A stretch of DNA of 64,000 nucleotides from Tubulanus polymorphus. Lineage: Eukaryota; Animalia; Nemertea. Below are positions 47,854 through 62,300 of this stretch, in pieces. The notes beneath the pieces are model-generated. The model saw nothing but the letters and a program-made list of their open reading frames with translations, did no database searches and was not told the DNA's origin. The stretch is from the NCBI RefSeq assembly GCF_964204645.1, contig NC_134025.1, positions 27,074,299-27,138,298 on the forward strand. Reading direction: 5' to 3'. The position numbers and the translations under genes were made by a program. The first letter of the stretch is position 1. Every line of letters starts with the position of its first letter.

Positions 47854-48328
47854 AGTCGCTTCATTGCTAGTTAGTCCGTTCTAATTTGGCCCATACCTGC
47901 AACAATAGAATTGTAAGCGAAAGTTCCATGCTGGAATGCACCAATAAAAATGCACCAAATCAATGCTGTGCATTCAGACAGGTTTTCGAATTGGTATCTC
48001 TAGTCCAGCTATGGACTCTAAAATGAAGGAACGTGATTACTGTTCCATCTATGGACTCTAAAACATTGACTCTTCATTTTTAAGTCCATGGTCCAGCTAA
48101 ACACTAAGCTGTGGTTGATAAGCAATTAAAGGAACGTTTCTATTCATACACGGAGAAATGGTCCATTCTAAAATCCAGAATATAGAAGCTGTTTGGTTGG
48201 TCTAATTTTATTTTGCCTGTTCTAAAATGGAACTGACCACGCTATTTACTAGTGTGCATGCTTGGTAAGTTCTAACTTGGAACCGACTAAGTTAAGAGCG
48301 TTCTAAATTATTAAGTGTGAAGGCGGCT
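47854..48328 (+). mobile_element. MITE family B copy carrying internal insertions
   Basis: Shares atcaatgctgtgcattca, gtccagctaaacac and gtttctattca...gagaaatggtccattctaaaat; right TIR GTGTGAAGGCGGCT. Confidence 0.8.
48011..48090. mobile_element. Nested 80-bp inverted-repeat element with 8-9 bp target-site duplication (hAT-like)
   Basis: ATGGACTCTAAAATGAAG ... CTTCATTTTTAAGTCCAT flanked by GTCCAGCT at 48003-48010 and 48091-48098; sister copies carry the site once. Confidence 0.7.
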
Positions 48329-51300
48329 TATGGTACATTATTATACTCGAAACCTGCAGAATTGCTCGTTATAAACCATCTTACTGTGTCGTAGAAAAAC
48401 TGGAGTTGAGAATCAGAGAAACGAAGTCTTACCAAAGAAAGGTTTTCCAAGTTGACCATAAGTCGAGTCTATCGTATAACCGATTTATTACACACAGGCC
48501 TAATAGGAACGCATTGATATCCCTTCTTGTGCCAACTCCTCATCTATATACTACATGTAATTATACAATTGTTTAGTGGATATTTTTACACTTATCTGCA
48601 GCTGACTAGTATTCATCATTATACTCTTATTTGAACCGCGAACATTTTTGTATGCTGCTCTAGCGATGCGGAAACAATACCTTCAGGAATAGAAAACTGA
48701 GGAATTTTTGCATTCATTGATATTCTAATTAATCGTGTGCTCGAGCTATAAAATGAATTTTTTCTTCTCTACTTTCATAATTGCCGATGAATATCATTTC
48801 ATTCGTTGTGAAATAAGGCGACGTTTGTTCAGTTATCGAGATGTTCCTTGGCACGAATTGCAACGACTGTAAATGCATCTCAATGCAATCATATTCCTTT
48901 AATGTATTCCATAAATTCCGCCGAGAGTCTCAATTCACTACGTCGTAATTGATCATCAATTCAAATTTGATTTCGTAGTGGCAAGGTGCAACTCAGAAAG
49001 CTCAAATAACTTCGAGATATTAGTCTTAGTTTGAAATGTAAGACATGAACTGCTTTGACTGTAGTATTGTGTGTCAGTAATGATAGTTCATTCATTAATT
49101 GGCAAAGTTTTAAATTTCACTTTTGAGGTTTGAACTGATTTGCTGTTCTACCTGATCCATCTTCGAAATTAAACCGATAATCATGAAGCGGCATGTGCAA
49201 GACTGACAATCATGAAGCTGGGTGGTGTCAGTACACCCCGGAAACTCTGTTAGCAACTATATTTATGGGGCAATTATCGATGTTCAGTGGCTTATCATTA
49301 TCATCATAACTTTCTTAGAACTAGTGTTATACCATCCAAAGATCCAAAGATTGTCACGCTGAGTGGACTGGGCGTTGGTCGTTTATTTGGTATTATGATT
49401 TAATGCCTATGACCCCTGTTTTGCCGAGTACAAAATTGTATAGTAATACGATGATCAATGAAATAATGAAGCGATTTTGTGAGTAAGAAATGACCTGTCT
49501 TTAGATAGTTTAGCTGGTATTCAGAGATACTCTGTACAGATAGCTTTATATCTTACAGCAAATCCACAGCAATGAACTGAAGTAACCTTTATGCATGGAT
49601 TACTGCTTTGCATTTTCTATGGAATCTCATTAAGTTCATTAGCTATGAAGAATGTGTCATTATAATGAGTTATTAGCTATATGCACTTGTGGAGAATGAG
49701 TCGAAATGACCACATATGGGAGCAATTATTGTGGCATGATGCTTTTACATTTTTGAGTGAAAATGTTTCATAGAATTTGTTTTTTCAAACAGACGACCTG
49801 GCTCATATTCCAAAAATTTTGTTGACGCTTTAGAATCGATCCATAAATTTAAGCGACGTTATGAATCGTTATCTACATTTTCATCATATTTTTGGTCTTT
49901 TAAACTATTCATCAAACTCTTGATAGAATATTCACTTTTTATCATTGTGCATATTAGTTATTTCATGATTTACAACTTCATTTTGAATTCCATCTACACT
50001 CGTAGTTACTACCACATTCATCGCAGCGCATTTCAATGATGGCGGAAAAAAAACGGTTTGAACCTAATAATGAAGCCATTAAATCCACCTGCGGATACTA
50101 AATAAGTAGGCTGATGGGAATTAGAAAATTTGTGAAGTGTCAAATTTATGTCTTCATAGTAAACACACCGTGACCAACACAGCGATAAAACCACATCTTT
50201 AATGAGTATTTTTGATAGCGTTAGGTTTAGAGCAATGATGATTACGTTCACATTGAAATTACAAACACGTTCCATATTTGTCTGAATGGACGACAACGAC
50301 CGCGACTAGTCACCGTTTTATCAAACAACACGAGAACACGCAAGAAATTATTGAAGAAAATGCTCTCGAAGGGCGTTCCGAAAAGTGTAAAGGTTAGGTT
50401 CGCTTTTCCATGTTTCCGTAAAGAAAGACATTAATTCAGCAAAGACTGGTTTTACACTTCGTCATTTGATGCGTCATTAAGCTCATTGGCTCATTTATCT
50501 ACGTTATTTGTTTCCGGCACACTATTCTCATTCTACATGACCCACCGTAAGCACGTATGATGATTTGCTGGCGACCGAAAAAACGCCGCCGTTGACAGGT
50601 TCGTGAAATATACGATCACCGGTCATACTATCACAAACGTGTTCATCTAATCTTCACATAATTCATCGATTCCAATTTTGATCACGCAATCGTTGCAATT
50701 GTTGCGGATTCCTTTTTTTAAACATGTTTAATGTAGGACATTTTGTGTGAGAAAACATATTCTTTCGATGATGAATGGATGGTGGAAACTCCTGTCATCT
50801 GTTACCACGAATAAATACATAATAAAACAGTTGAAATTGTAGACAATTACTGACGTTGTTGTTTACAGATGTTCGTGTTGTTGGGAGCTTGTTAACACAT
50901 CACTGAAATGATTGTTGAGCATGAAGATGTAGAAGACACTGTTGGTGGTAGTATAACCTCAGAATTCCTCAGATGTGATTGAAGTGAAACATGATTTAAT
51001 ACATCTGCTATCAGAAAATCCATCGTTTCTCGAAACATGATTTGTGATTAATTTGAACAACGGCAGTGGTTGATTTCTCAAGGGTTCATCGTCTATAGTA
51101 CCGATTAATTACTCGCTGCTTCATTGACTAGGCCAACATATCATCAGCAACACCACCAGCAGCAGCAGCAGTGCTGCATCTTTATCTACTATATGGAAAA
51201 TCAAGTTATTTTTGTGAATGGGTGTTTTATGAAGGCTTGTGAATTTTTTTCACTGTACAGTTAAGCGCAGACACTATTGTTCGTGCGAATGCACTGGAGA

Positions 51301-54300
51301 CTGAACTAGTCAAAGAGTCTGGTGAATCCATCATTACGATCTGATCGGATGAAGTCGCTCCTGATGAAGGGGCTCCAGTGCTTTCAGAAATACAAAACTT
51401 TATCGCAATTACTATCTGTTGACGGCCAAAGCATTCATTTGTTAGCACAACTTCGTATTTTACAATACTTTTATCGACACTTGCACTTATTCCTGATGAG
51501 GTCATTCAGAGTCTTCCCGCCGTTTGTGAAATGTGATGAAATTCCCTGAGAGCGTGTGTGCATTTCGCTCATTAATTAAATGCAGATTTTGTCGCTATTC
51601 ATGAACGCGCACTTTCAATTTCGAGCTACTTTCGTGCAAGTTTTCATTAACTGATGATTTATTGAGTCTGGTGCCACCGACCCCTTATAAAACATATATA
51701 AAACAACATGCTATAAAATAATGGCACGTAGTGTTTATCAATCTTGTGCAATTCAATTTGTTATTCATCACTTATGAGTTTAGGTTTTAGGTGCTGTATA
51801 TTTCCTAATAAAAGTAATATTTCAGGCAGAAAACCGGGTTACTTAGTATATTACAAGCACATGGCCCATCAATCCCACCCTCATTGCCTTTCTCTATGAC
51901 TCCAGTACGATGAACCAAGTTTTATTTTGAAATACCGTCCTGAATTGCTGCTCAATCTCTGTTTTAGACGTGCGTCAGATCCAGGCAATTAAAACACATT
52001 TTAATTGTTCCCTAACGATCAAAAGTAATCGAACCGTTTCAATGATGGGAAATGTGAATTTAAAGATGTTTAAATACAGATCAATACGGCTTTGATTACT
52101 CAATGATAAATGCTATTTCGTACACTTCTGGAAGTACGTACAGCCTGATTTTGTCAATGACTTTATCTTACTATTATGCTGAACCTCATCTTGCGAGGCC
52201 CAATTCTCAATTTCTTAAGGATAGTGAAATTTTATCAGCAACTGGTTTTATTTCTTCATCAAATTGACCGTGTCGACTTTGAGTTGCCAGAAATTGCCAA
52301 GTTTATCAAACCGACATTGAATTGTAGAAAAAATCTCTAGTTTTACCTCTCAGTTCGGCCCGGTGATAACCTCCACTTTCCTTCATCTGTTCCAACTTCT
52401 CCTAAAATTAGTTTGAACTTGTTTCAGTTCCCGACATGTGAAGTCGAGATGTAAGATTTCTTGCACACGTGAGTGTGGTTACATTGAAGGGGATCATTAA
52501 ATTCATTTGGGCGTTGAGGATGCGTGATTTCCCTCACTACTCGTCAGCGATGACATTCACTTTTAACAAAAGTAACTAATTAGTCAGTATCGCATATAGT
52601 CAGGGAAATCGTAGTGATAAATATCAAGAGGCAACACTGATTGGATAGATTACTATCAGCCCGAAGCAGTAGCTAGAAAACAAGATGGGAATAATGAAGT
52701 TTCCGCTGTGGATAATGCCTACAGTTAGGTGTTTAGGGTTTGCTTGTGAAGTGTACGCAGAAGAATGATAAAAAATGCTGTCATCAAATGACACGAAACA
52801 TCTATTTTCACCATCAAAGATAAGCGGAATCTAATGTTTTCATTCTGCACTGCAAACTATGATATTTCGTTCTGGTATCTAGATCTCATTCAAAAATGAG
52901 AAACGAATGCCTCCGACATCGCGGCTGCTACAAGATCTTCGGTTGTAATAACATCAGTGACTCTTACTTCATCATATATTTCACAGGTTTTTTTTTTATT
53001 TTTTCGTAATTGATCATGTAATGTTATGATTAATATAATGCTGGGTATGGTATTTCTCGAAAACTAGCGCTGGAACAGATGTTTTTTCTTGTATTGCTAG
53101 TGTCATGTTAGATTGAGTACTCTTATAACATGATCTTCCTGTTTGAGCTGTGAATATACGCGGCGTGGTGGAAATTTTCTACCCAACAAAAAACACCTGG
53201 CTAGTGTTCGGTATGAAATAAGCTAGTTATCTCGATCCCCGCTAAGCCAGTGGTTGAAACCTTTTTGTTCCGAATCAGTTTGAAGACATGCGCGTAGGGT
53301 TTCTTTCCATTCCCCAGTTACAAACCTCTACACAAACTCGGCTTAGAGGTTTCAATGTTATAAAGTATTCCGATAGTTTTGTATGAAAGTAACGGATATC
53401 ATTAATCAAGGCTGTTATCAAAGTAATAAAGCGTTCATTAACAATTAAACCTCAGCGATCAGTCATTTCAGTATGTTTTTTTATCACGCTCGTTTGACCA
53501 TGATTTTCTAAGCCTGTGGAATACTCCAGTTGTTACAATTACGCCCGTATTAGAAGATTGATGTTACAAGAACTAGGTGATTTCCGCTGTTCTGGCTATT
53601 TTCTTGCTAGTCATCGCTTCTATTGCATAATTCATCAGCAAAATACATAAATTGTCCTTTTCTACTGCAAAATAATGAAAATAGATTCCGATTCAGATGT
53701 TTCATTGTCATACATTATTCAACCGTATGGGACTATATTTTTTTCCGCGTTCAGATTCGAGGTCCAACTCGACGCATCAGTAGTCTCAACTATTGCGATA
53801 TGTATCCCATTAAAAGATGAATAATTTACGTGATAATTCTCGGGAGAAATATTATATACAGATAATTATGTTGTCCTTTCCCCGGGCATCGTGAATAGAC
53901 ACTCGTTAAATTTACTACACCTGCATCGATTCAACAAGCAATAATATGCTGAAAGGTGCTGTTAAACCCATCACAATTTATGACATCAATTATCAATTCA
54001 ACTAATCATTTTGTGTCATTTACACCTTTTAATACATACAGTTGTTGTATAACCGTCCTTATTTGTCTATTTTCAGGTAAGTCGAAAGTTCTGGAAGTAT
54101 ATATCTGTTACGTCCTGAAGGTTTTCTTCACAGCCCTTCTTTTGAGAAAGGATATTATATAGGTATTGTTTTTACTGATACAGGCTAAATATTTACAGTG
54201 GTCACACAAAGATTTCAGTACATTACTAGGCATTTACATGGTTAGATTATTCATGGCTTATTCAGTACTGAAATACCGGGCTCGGAAAGTTATTCCGCAC

Positions 54301-54394
54301 CAGAAAGCTGATTTAAGTACGGTACTGAGATGGCCGCATATTTTCTGTATCATGAATGCAGATTCGTTGCTTAGCAAGCTGCATATTGTAGTGC

Positions 54395-54452
54395 AACCAG
54401 ACATGGGCCCATTTGGCACTCATGTGAACAGTTGTTTCGGGCCAAAAATGCA
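54395..54452 (+). mobile_element. MITE family A fragment
   Basis: catgggccccatttggcactcatgtgaacagttgtttcgggccaaaaatgc is close to the reverse complement of ~13068-13134. Confidence 0.65.
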
Positions 54453-55160
54453 GCTGACATAATCTTAAAAAATCTGTTGTTTTGTTTGTCGCTTGTTTTT
54501 AAAGTACAAACCTGTCAGATACCTAATCAGTGATGCAGTGGATCGGCTTAGATATTTCAAGGACTACTGTAAATAGGTATATTTTGTACTCCCTGTTGAC
54601 TCTATTATGACCTACGCAGATGATGAATTCAATCTAAATTGAATCGAAACATCTGCAGTTGTATTTGATTTAAACTCTTCTCTCCCTCTCTCTCTTCCCC
54701 GATAGCAGTAATTCACAACTCCGATGCTGCCGATGAAGTTAAACTGAATATCCTGTGTCAGCGATACCAGAGATCTGGTGAAATGAAATATCCTTAACAG
54801 ATAGAGATATCAAATCCAGTGCTACCCTTAACAGTTAGTGATCGGCATTTCATCATCTTAAAATCAACTTTTGACATTCAAAATATCGATGTACGTCATG
54901 TTATCAGTAATTAGATTCAAAGTGACGTGTTTATTGAGTTTGATAAATTAGGTTTTGATCGGTGAAATGATGTTTACAAGAATCAATGCTGGCAGCGTTA
55001 ATCTAAACATCGCCGGATGGGTCTATTTCCAAACGTTGCCAATCACGATGATCAAATGACGTCGCGCTATGTTTTGCGAATATCTATCGGGTTGATAAGA
55101 TGTGATATTTATTTCTCCTTGATTCAGAATAATACAAAAGATAATTCTGATACAAATCTC

Positions 55161-55222
55161 GGAGGGCACCACAGAGCAGCCTTTAATCTATGGAGGGCAC
55201 CACAGAGCAGCCTGTAATCTAT
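55161..55222. repeat. 31-bp tandem duplication
   Basis: ggagggcaccacagagcagcct(t/g)taatctat x2, one mismatch. Confidence 0.9.
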
Positions 55223-58200
55223 GAGACCCTGTGGGCCGTGTGGTTTCTGTATTGGTTTCTATACCCTGATCACATAAATCTATAATTGTCAGCGCATTGT
55301 CGCGAGTATGTTGAGGAGCTAGGAAAAAGAACTGAGTTATTTGGTGAGTGAAATGTGAGGGTTATTATCTGCGTAAGAGTAGATGTTGCGACTAATAGGG
55401 TCTATGAATAAGATCGAACGCTCGAGGTTCTGATGGAATCTTCACATTATCTGTTTTACATATTCATATATGTATAAAAGGATAAAGAGGATAAATCTTC
55501 CCCTGTTACTGAGTCTAAATTTCAGCAAGCGATGATAATTTGAATGTTTATGTTAATGATTCGATCTTGATTACATTCGCGTCACTTGAAAAAAGTGAAA
55601 TTCAATTTGAATATCATCCAAATTTCCCTCGTCAGTTATAAGTGCTATACCTGAGTCTGGCTTTTCCATTATTAAATATTCAATACCTGGTGTCATTTTC
55701 AATATTGGAATGAGAATTTTCCAATTTCAACGCGATACGCTTTCATCGACAGGCTCACAATACATATAGCACCTCAGCTTGTTCTGATGCACTTCGTTTT
55801 GTTGAATATGTTCATTCAATTGATTCATCTCTCAACCGTAAACTTAATAGTTCTGATCATCGACGTAACAATTTTTTTTGTAATTTGAATAATTTAGTAC
55901 ATCTGTTTACATCACACAACAGCTAGTTTTCCAATCAAGTCAATGATGCTGATGATGTGTGTGTCAGCCTTCATACATTAAGGTGACAGGTTCGTGATAA
56001 AAATGAAATTGGTCATAATAACGATGCCTGGATTGAAATGTTAAACTCTATATGAACCTGAGTGATTTTCCAGGAGCGAAAATTGATATCGATTACGATC
56101 AAAAACACAAATATGTTGATCGGTTGGGGCCTTTTTGCTTATTTTTAATGAACCGCTGCAGGGTTGCCACATTAGTTTAAAGGATGAATACAGTTACCCT
56201 TACGAGCTTGTTTTGTTACTGAGATCTAATATAATGGAAACACATGACACTTTTGGTGACAGCTTGTGTTTTCCATGTCATGCTGCAAGTTATGCGGATT
56301 TTTGGATATTTAACCAATTTGATGAAAGCGCATACATTAAGTAGAACAGAACAGCCTTGTTCTAATGTTTTTCTAAACCATAAAAACGCAATCAAGCTAA
56401 CATTAACAAGAGCAACTTGATTTGATTATTGAAGTATGAAAAAGCGTCGATATCAGACTTAAAGAGGAGCAGCGGCCGGTGGTTAAGATTAGGCTCAGTG
56501 ATGATTGCGTTTTATAATGAGCTGCTGTAATTTTGGATACAGTGAAAATGAAAATACCTCAATATCTCGAGTGATGCTTGAAAACGTCGCGACCGAAATT
56601 CTAGATGCTGTCAAAATTAGGTTGATTGCAATAGGGGATCGAAAAAATCCACTTGAATCACGAAAGTTCGCGATTGAAGGCGAAATATGATGAAAATGAA
56701 CTTGAAAAACTGGTAGAATCAGTCTTACCTTAGTATACCTCATTTATCTATCCGCGCACAAGTTTTTACAGGTTGTTTACTTTTAATCTACAGCTGGTTT
56801 TTACGTCAAAACCTTCACGCGCTCGCGCGGATCAATTTATAATCAATCGATATATATGTATATATATATTCCATATACTATTTCTTTATTGCTTCGATGT
56901 CGTTAGAAGAAATCGCGGTTATAAAACTAATTCACATTATCGGAACGTAGTTGTTGTTGCCCGTGCACGCGCTGTGAGAACTACGATGTTGTAGAATGAG
57001 TGGCAGATTTTCGTTTTGTTGATGACGTAGCTCCTGTTGCACAGTCGCTACTAAAGCCGCTTCACTTGACACGTTAACTCACTGGAAATTGATCCGTTAG
57101 ATCGCTATGAAACTTCAAGTTGATTTATGACTGTCCGATACAATTAATACGCGAGTTTTTGAGTGACGGTGACACTGTGACTACGACAACGACAACGTTT
57201 GAACTTGAAATGTAAGAAATAGAAACTGAAATGTCTATTTGGAAGGAAGACATGGTAGGATTCATCCTTTCCACAAAATCTACTATACAAATTTGTGCCC
57301 TATCCATTTAGCTGCTATTATTACTCTTCTAAGCTTGTCTTTATTCATTTCATCTGTCATTTTATTTTCTGGATCACCGTCATAAGAGTGAAGACAGTGT
57401 CATAAAATGACGTAGACTTTTCTATTCATAGTGTGTGGATGGGCCTGAAGCGGGGAAAGACTGAAAAGGGAAATCGTCGCTCGTCTGTTCAAGAATAGGG
57501 AGAGGAAATCATCCCTTGTCCTTTCAGGAATAAGCCTCTCTCTGACTTAATCTGAATTGTTAATCTGCGAATCCCTGCGGTTATGATTAAACATGTTTTT
57601 TCCTGAAATCGAATTTACATTGAAATGCCGGAAATGCATCGTTCCATAGAAAAACCGGAGGTATAATTTCGTTGTCGGTTTTCATTCCTGACAGAGGAAG
57701 CACGTTTCATACGGTGTCTCTGGGAGTTGATTTGTTAATCGATAGCTACTGGCTGTGACTCCATAAGCTTTCACCTGTAAACAGTAAAATGATCAATGAT
57801 CTACGCGTAATTTTCAATTAACGATTTAGACTGGTAACCTCTACTGATAGGCAGTGATGCGTTTGAGATAATACTGCATTGCAGAGAGCATCAATAACAC
57901 AATTTTGTTTTCAGGCACTCGGATCCTCAACTTCATTCGCCAGAAAACACCTATATTCAATTATCTTACTCTCCTTATATACCCGATTACCTTTATCAGA
58001 TCATGGGAAGAGAGATTTACATTGAGAAATGGTTTCTCATCACAAGAAATCTACTTGCATCTCTTTGAAAGCGGCGACGTTCACCCAAATTACTGTTCAT
58101 TTATCATCAAACGATTTCAAATTGTAATGTGGCGAGGTCCACGTTCGAAGGCGTTATAATTCTATTCCGATTTGTTACTGATGTTGCACTATTCCCGACA

Positions 58201-59043
58201 TCTCTCGTATAGATTGTCGCATTATTTTGAACGAGAAAAAAACTGTATAATCTCTTTCAGAGAACGCATGCTATTCTATCATCTCGGCTGAATTATGATT
58301 CCGTATAAATCACTAACAAGGATTTGCATGCATATTGTAGTTCTTCAATTCCCTGCAGAAACAATTTCAGCTGCATAATTCTTTTTGGATTGAATAGTGA
58401 AATGTCCTACACTCGACCTTATTCGTGCCGTGTACAGACCCTGCTGGGGGTGATGATGGTTATTTACTGGCTGTAATTGTGATTGTAGGAAACAATTTGA
58501 CGATGTTCTCCTCGACACAATTTTTCTAGCGAAGTCAACGCCTAAGATGTTGCTGCTGACCGAGTCAACACTCATTAGTTTCAACATGTCGCGATCACCA
58601 TTTTTACGAAGACAACTAAATTACCCGATAATGTAGCTTCACAAATTCATCGCTCTTGTCTGATAGCTGACTGCCTTCGTCATTAAAAGCTGCGATTTAA
58701 GTGCATATGTATATGCAAGTAACATAAAGATGATGGTCGTCTTGCGTGGTTCGTTCTCATTTGTGTCATACATCCGAGAGGGAAAGTATCGTTGTTTCAA
58801 ATACTATATCGTGTGAACAGTTTGTGGGATGATTGATTGATCGCTTCTAATCTCGTTAGCCTTCATTTCCATCGATTTAACGTCACAGCTGCCATTTTCA
58901 GCATTGTTCTATTCACCTTAGAAACAGTTTTCTTCAGTCGAGTTTCAATTGAACATTGCTATTCGGATTATGCTTATGTTTTGCGGATACTTGTTGACAT
59001 CATTGCTGTCGCATGATTGAGCGACAATCTGATAGCTGATATT

Positions 59044-59320
59044 AGCCGCGATCACACGGAGACGATTTGGCCCAGGTCAAATTGGTACGGATCATGCCTG
59101 AGTCGAATTCGGTTCATGTCTAATGACAGAGTGTATTCAGGTATAAACCATTCACTTGATACTAAAAGATGCCGTGACAAAGCAAGGGAGTCACTTGTGG
59201 AACCAGTTACAATAATTTGACCCATGCTAAAATTTGGCTTGTGCCTGGTGCGTCATTTTTGGGGATACTCAATTTGGCCCATGTCAAACAAGCACCAAAA
59301 ATGCTTGTATGATCTTGGCT
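59044..59320 (+). mobile_element. MITE family A copy
   Basis: AGCCGCGATCACAC ... GTATGATCTTGGCT; collinear with 37525-37835. Confidence 0.85.
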
Positions 59321-62300
59321 ATTGACTTTCACATTTTCCGAAACTAAGTTCATCCCAGTCGTAAACAGCATACATCAGTATCCTGTCCTGTGGATTAAAC
59401 AATGTGGCGTTAGCAAATATCTCTTGGGTGCCATTTTCGTTGTTGATGGATGTCTCGACGATACCATTATGTTTTTGTCTCAGGGGTGACGTTGTTGATT
59501 GTTTATCATTATTCGCCACGACGGAATGACCGCACTAATCAGCCTGATTACTTCAATAATCTCTTTCTTAATCATGCAAATTTCCATTTGCTCGCGGTTA
59601 TACGGAAACAGCGTCTGAAATTACATGAGAAAATGTCTTTACTTCAGATCCAACTACCCGGTACTTGTCTTTTATCGCACCTAAAGCAGTGTTTTTAATA
59701 TCCTTCATACTTCTTTACATACTGTCTTCATTCAAATGTCAAACGTTGAACTTCTGTTCACAATTAGCGGAGAACAGAAAGAAAAGATATGAAGAATGTC
59801 TTCAAAGGAATTTTGCCTCACGACTCAGGGCAAGACATGCTTCTTATCATCGTATGGATTAAAACTTTTTGTGATTTATACGAACTAATAACAACTGCTG
59901 AGGGGCTGATCAGTACAACTTATTTCTGACGTTAGTTCTTTCTCTAAATATGATATGTTTAGAAACGGATGCCATGATAGAAAATCGAGTTGTGATCTCT
60001 TCCACGTATGCCAGTCCATTAAGTAACTGTCCAATTTTAGTAGCCAGATTTCACGAAGCAAATGTCAACAGCCACCCCAAGGTTAACAGTATTATCAAGC
60101 TCCTGATTGAATAGCTTGTAATTCGCATCAACTTTAAGCCTTCTTGCACCGCAATAGCAGTTCAGTCGTCCCAGTTGAGTCATTGCTATTAGATTGTTTA
60201 CAGCTGTATAGATGAACACCCCGCAGTTGTGTCACCAACAGTTGTGTGGTATACATAGAAAAATGAAGACACTTCCATCGCCAACTTTGGTCCAGTGTCA
60301 TGAAGAACCGTACCATTGTACCGTTTTGTTAAGCAAATCTCTGGATGACGCGTGAATTTCTCCCAGAGACTGTTTTGTTCTTGCCCATCGATATGTGACA
60401 TAAAAATATCTTGTCTCTGATGAGTGAAATAACAAGATTATTTGTGCGTGAAATTCATCGGACGGTATTCGAGATGGTTAAGCTCTACGCAAAAGCTTTC
60501 ATAAGCAGGAGATCTAAATAGCCTTAGCGGAAATAATCAATATCAGCTATAAGCTGATTGATTATTTTAGAAGCGAATGTGTGGTAGGACGCAGTGGTAG
60601 TCGCAGTGGTCAGTCGTGTTTTCAATTAGAACTAATACGACTGGATCCCGTGTTGAGCTCATTAGAACTAGGAAATTAGTTTGACGCTAATCATTGCTGA
60701 TTTTGGTATCGCTTTGACATTGTAAACTACGACTGCTGATTATTGAACTTCGAAACTTCTTATGCTATTGAAAAAAGTTGTTACGTATTCTGTTGTTATC
60801 TGCAAAAACAATGAGCGCAAACGTGGAATACGTGACGGTTGTGGTGATGGTGTTGTTGTGTTTTGTAAACAATGAGAAATCCGAGAAAAAGGCTACGTTG
60901 TTTTGATCTATCTGTTGATGGCGTGTGCCGAGAATTTCTCTCATTATTGAACATCAAAAGACAATTATTAACGCAGTAACATGTAAGAAGCAGCGTATCT
61001 TGCATGCTATTTCTAGCTTCTGATTAACGTTATGATTGTCCAACTGCTCGACTTGATGATGAACTTCTAACTTTTCGAAGAAGACACTTGGCACTGTGAT
61101 GAAAAAGTCATTAAGAAATAATTCTTGCTCCAGCTGGTGAAATCTCGTATAAAACCTGTTTATGGGTCTTTGATGTACGTCATCATCATCGTGACTTTTC
61201 TTAAAACCACATTGACGTAAGCCACTGCTGCCTTCAGTGTGCTGTTTATTTACCTATGAATTGATGGTAAAAGTTAATAGACACCTGTCATCGATATTCG
61301 CTCCATAATTTCGGCCATAATTTTTGCGGGCGAAAGGAAATTGTTTTCTTCCGTCTGAAAGATCTCTGAAACGCCAATCATGACTCTATTCAAATATGCT
61401 ACCGTATACTATCGTGACATGTATGAAGTATTTCGTTAATGCGTCGTTCGCGGTTGTAGAAACAGATCCATCAGGCGTACATTAACGTAACTTCAATCGT
61501 TAAAGCAACGTTAAAGTGGAAATTACTTCTTAAAAAAAGAAGAATAATCACCGAATAAAAGAAGTCATTAGGGTCTAATTCTTGGCTAATTTCAGTTTCA
61601 GGGGAACTTCTATATAATTGTTCATCATGATGATCTAAACGAGAAACTCCGAATAGAACCAAACTGAATGAAAAAAAATAACTACCGTATTCTTAAATTT
61701 CCATGGTTTGAATAATTAGTATTTCAATAATTATGGAAATATCTGATGAGCCAGGACTATGTGAAATTTTGCTTGGCAATTTCTGAATATATATCGGATT
61801 AAAACCATTGGATTTGATTTGATAAATCAATATTACAATGCTGATTATTAATCAGCCATGACTATGGTTTAAAAATCATGTTGCATCAGCTGAATGGTCT
61901 GCTGGTCAGGACGTAATGTGCATGCGTTCCCTTTTACTTTGGATCAAAACCAGGGCCAGCTATGTATAAAAAGATATTGCTCTGAAGATTTCACAGTTTA
62001 AGATTTATCTGATGTAATCCAGCTGTTAGCTCGAAAGATTTTTCAGCATTCATTAAAACTTGCTCAATAAGATGAAAATCAGAGTTGTGATTTGAAAGCG
62101 TTTCAAATCACATTGAAGATGTGTTGAAAATGTAATTTGATTTGATTTCTAAGAAGTTTTGTCAGCTGCCTGTGGTTATTATTTCAAGGCGCTATTTCTT
62201 CAAGGTTATTTCGGTGAAAAACATTCAAAGGCCGATTGGATTTTACCATCCTGTCTTGTGTTGTCACGGCTTAAGGGGGTTTACAAATTGACGATATGTT

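Noticed and set aside
50869-51550. Exon-like stretches after good acceptors (50868, 51260) and ORF 51227-51505
   Set aside because: Stops in all + frames and no MED14 or other homology; a non-coding exon cannot be excluded.
55161-55222. 31-bp direct repeat as a CRISPR-like unit
   Set aside because: Two adjacent copies with no spacer, in a eukaryotic context.
60581-60660. tRNA/SINE-like head (gtagtcgcagtggtc)
   Set aside because: No cloverleaf or convincing B box, and no second copy recognised.
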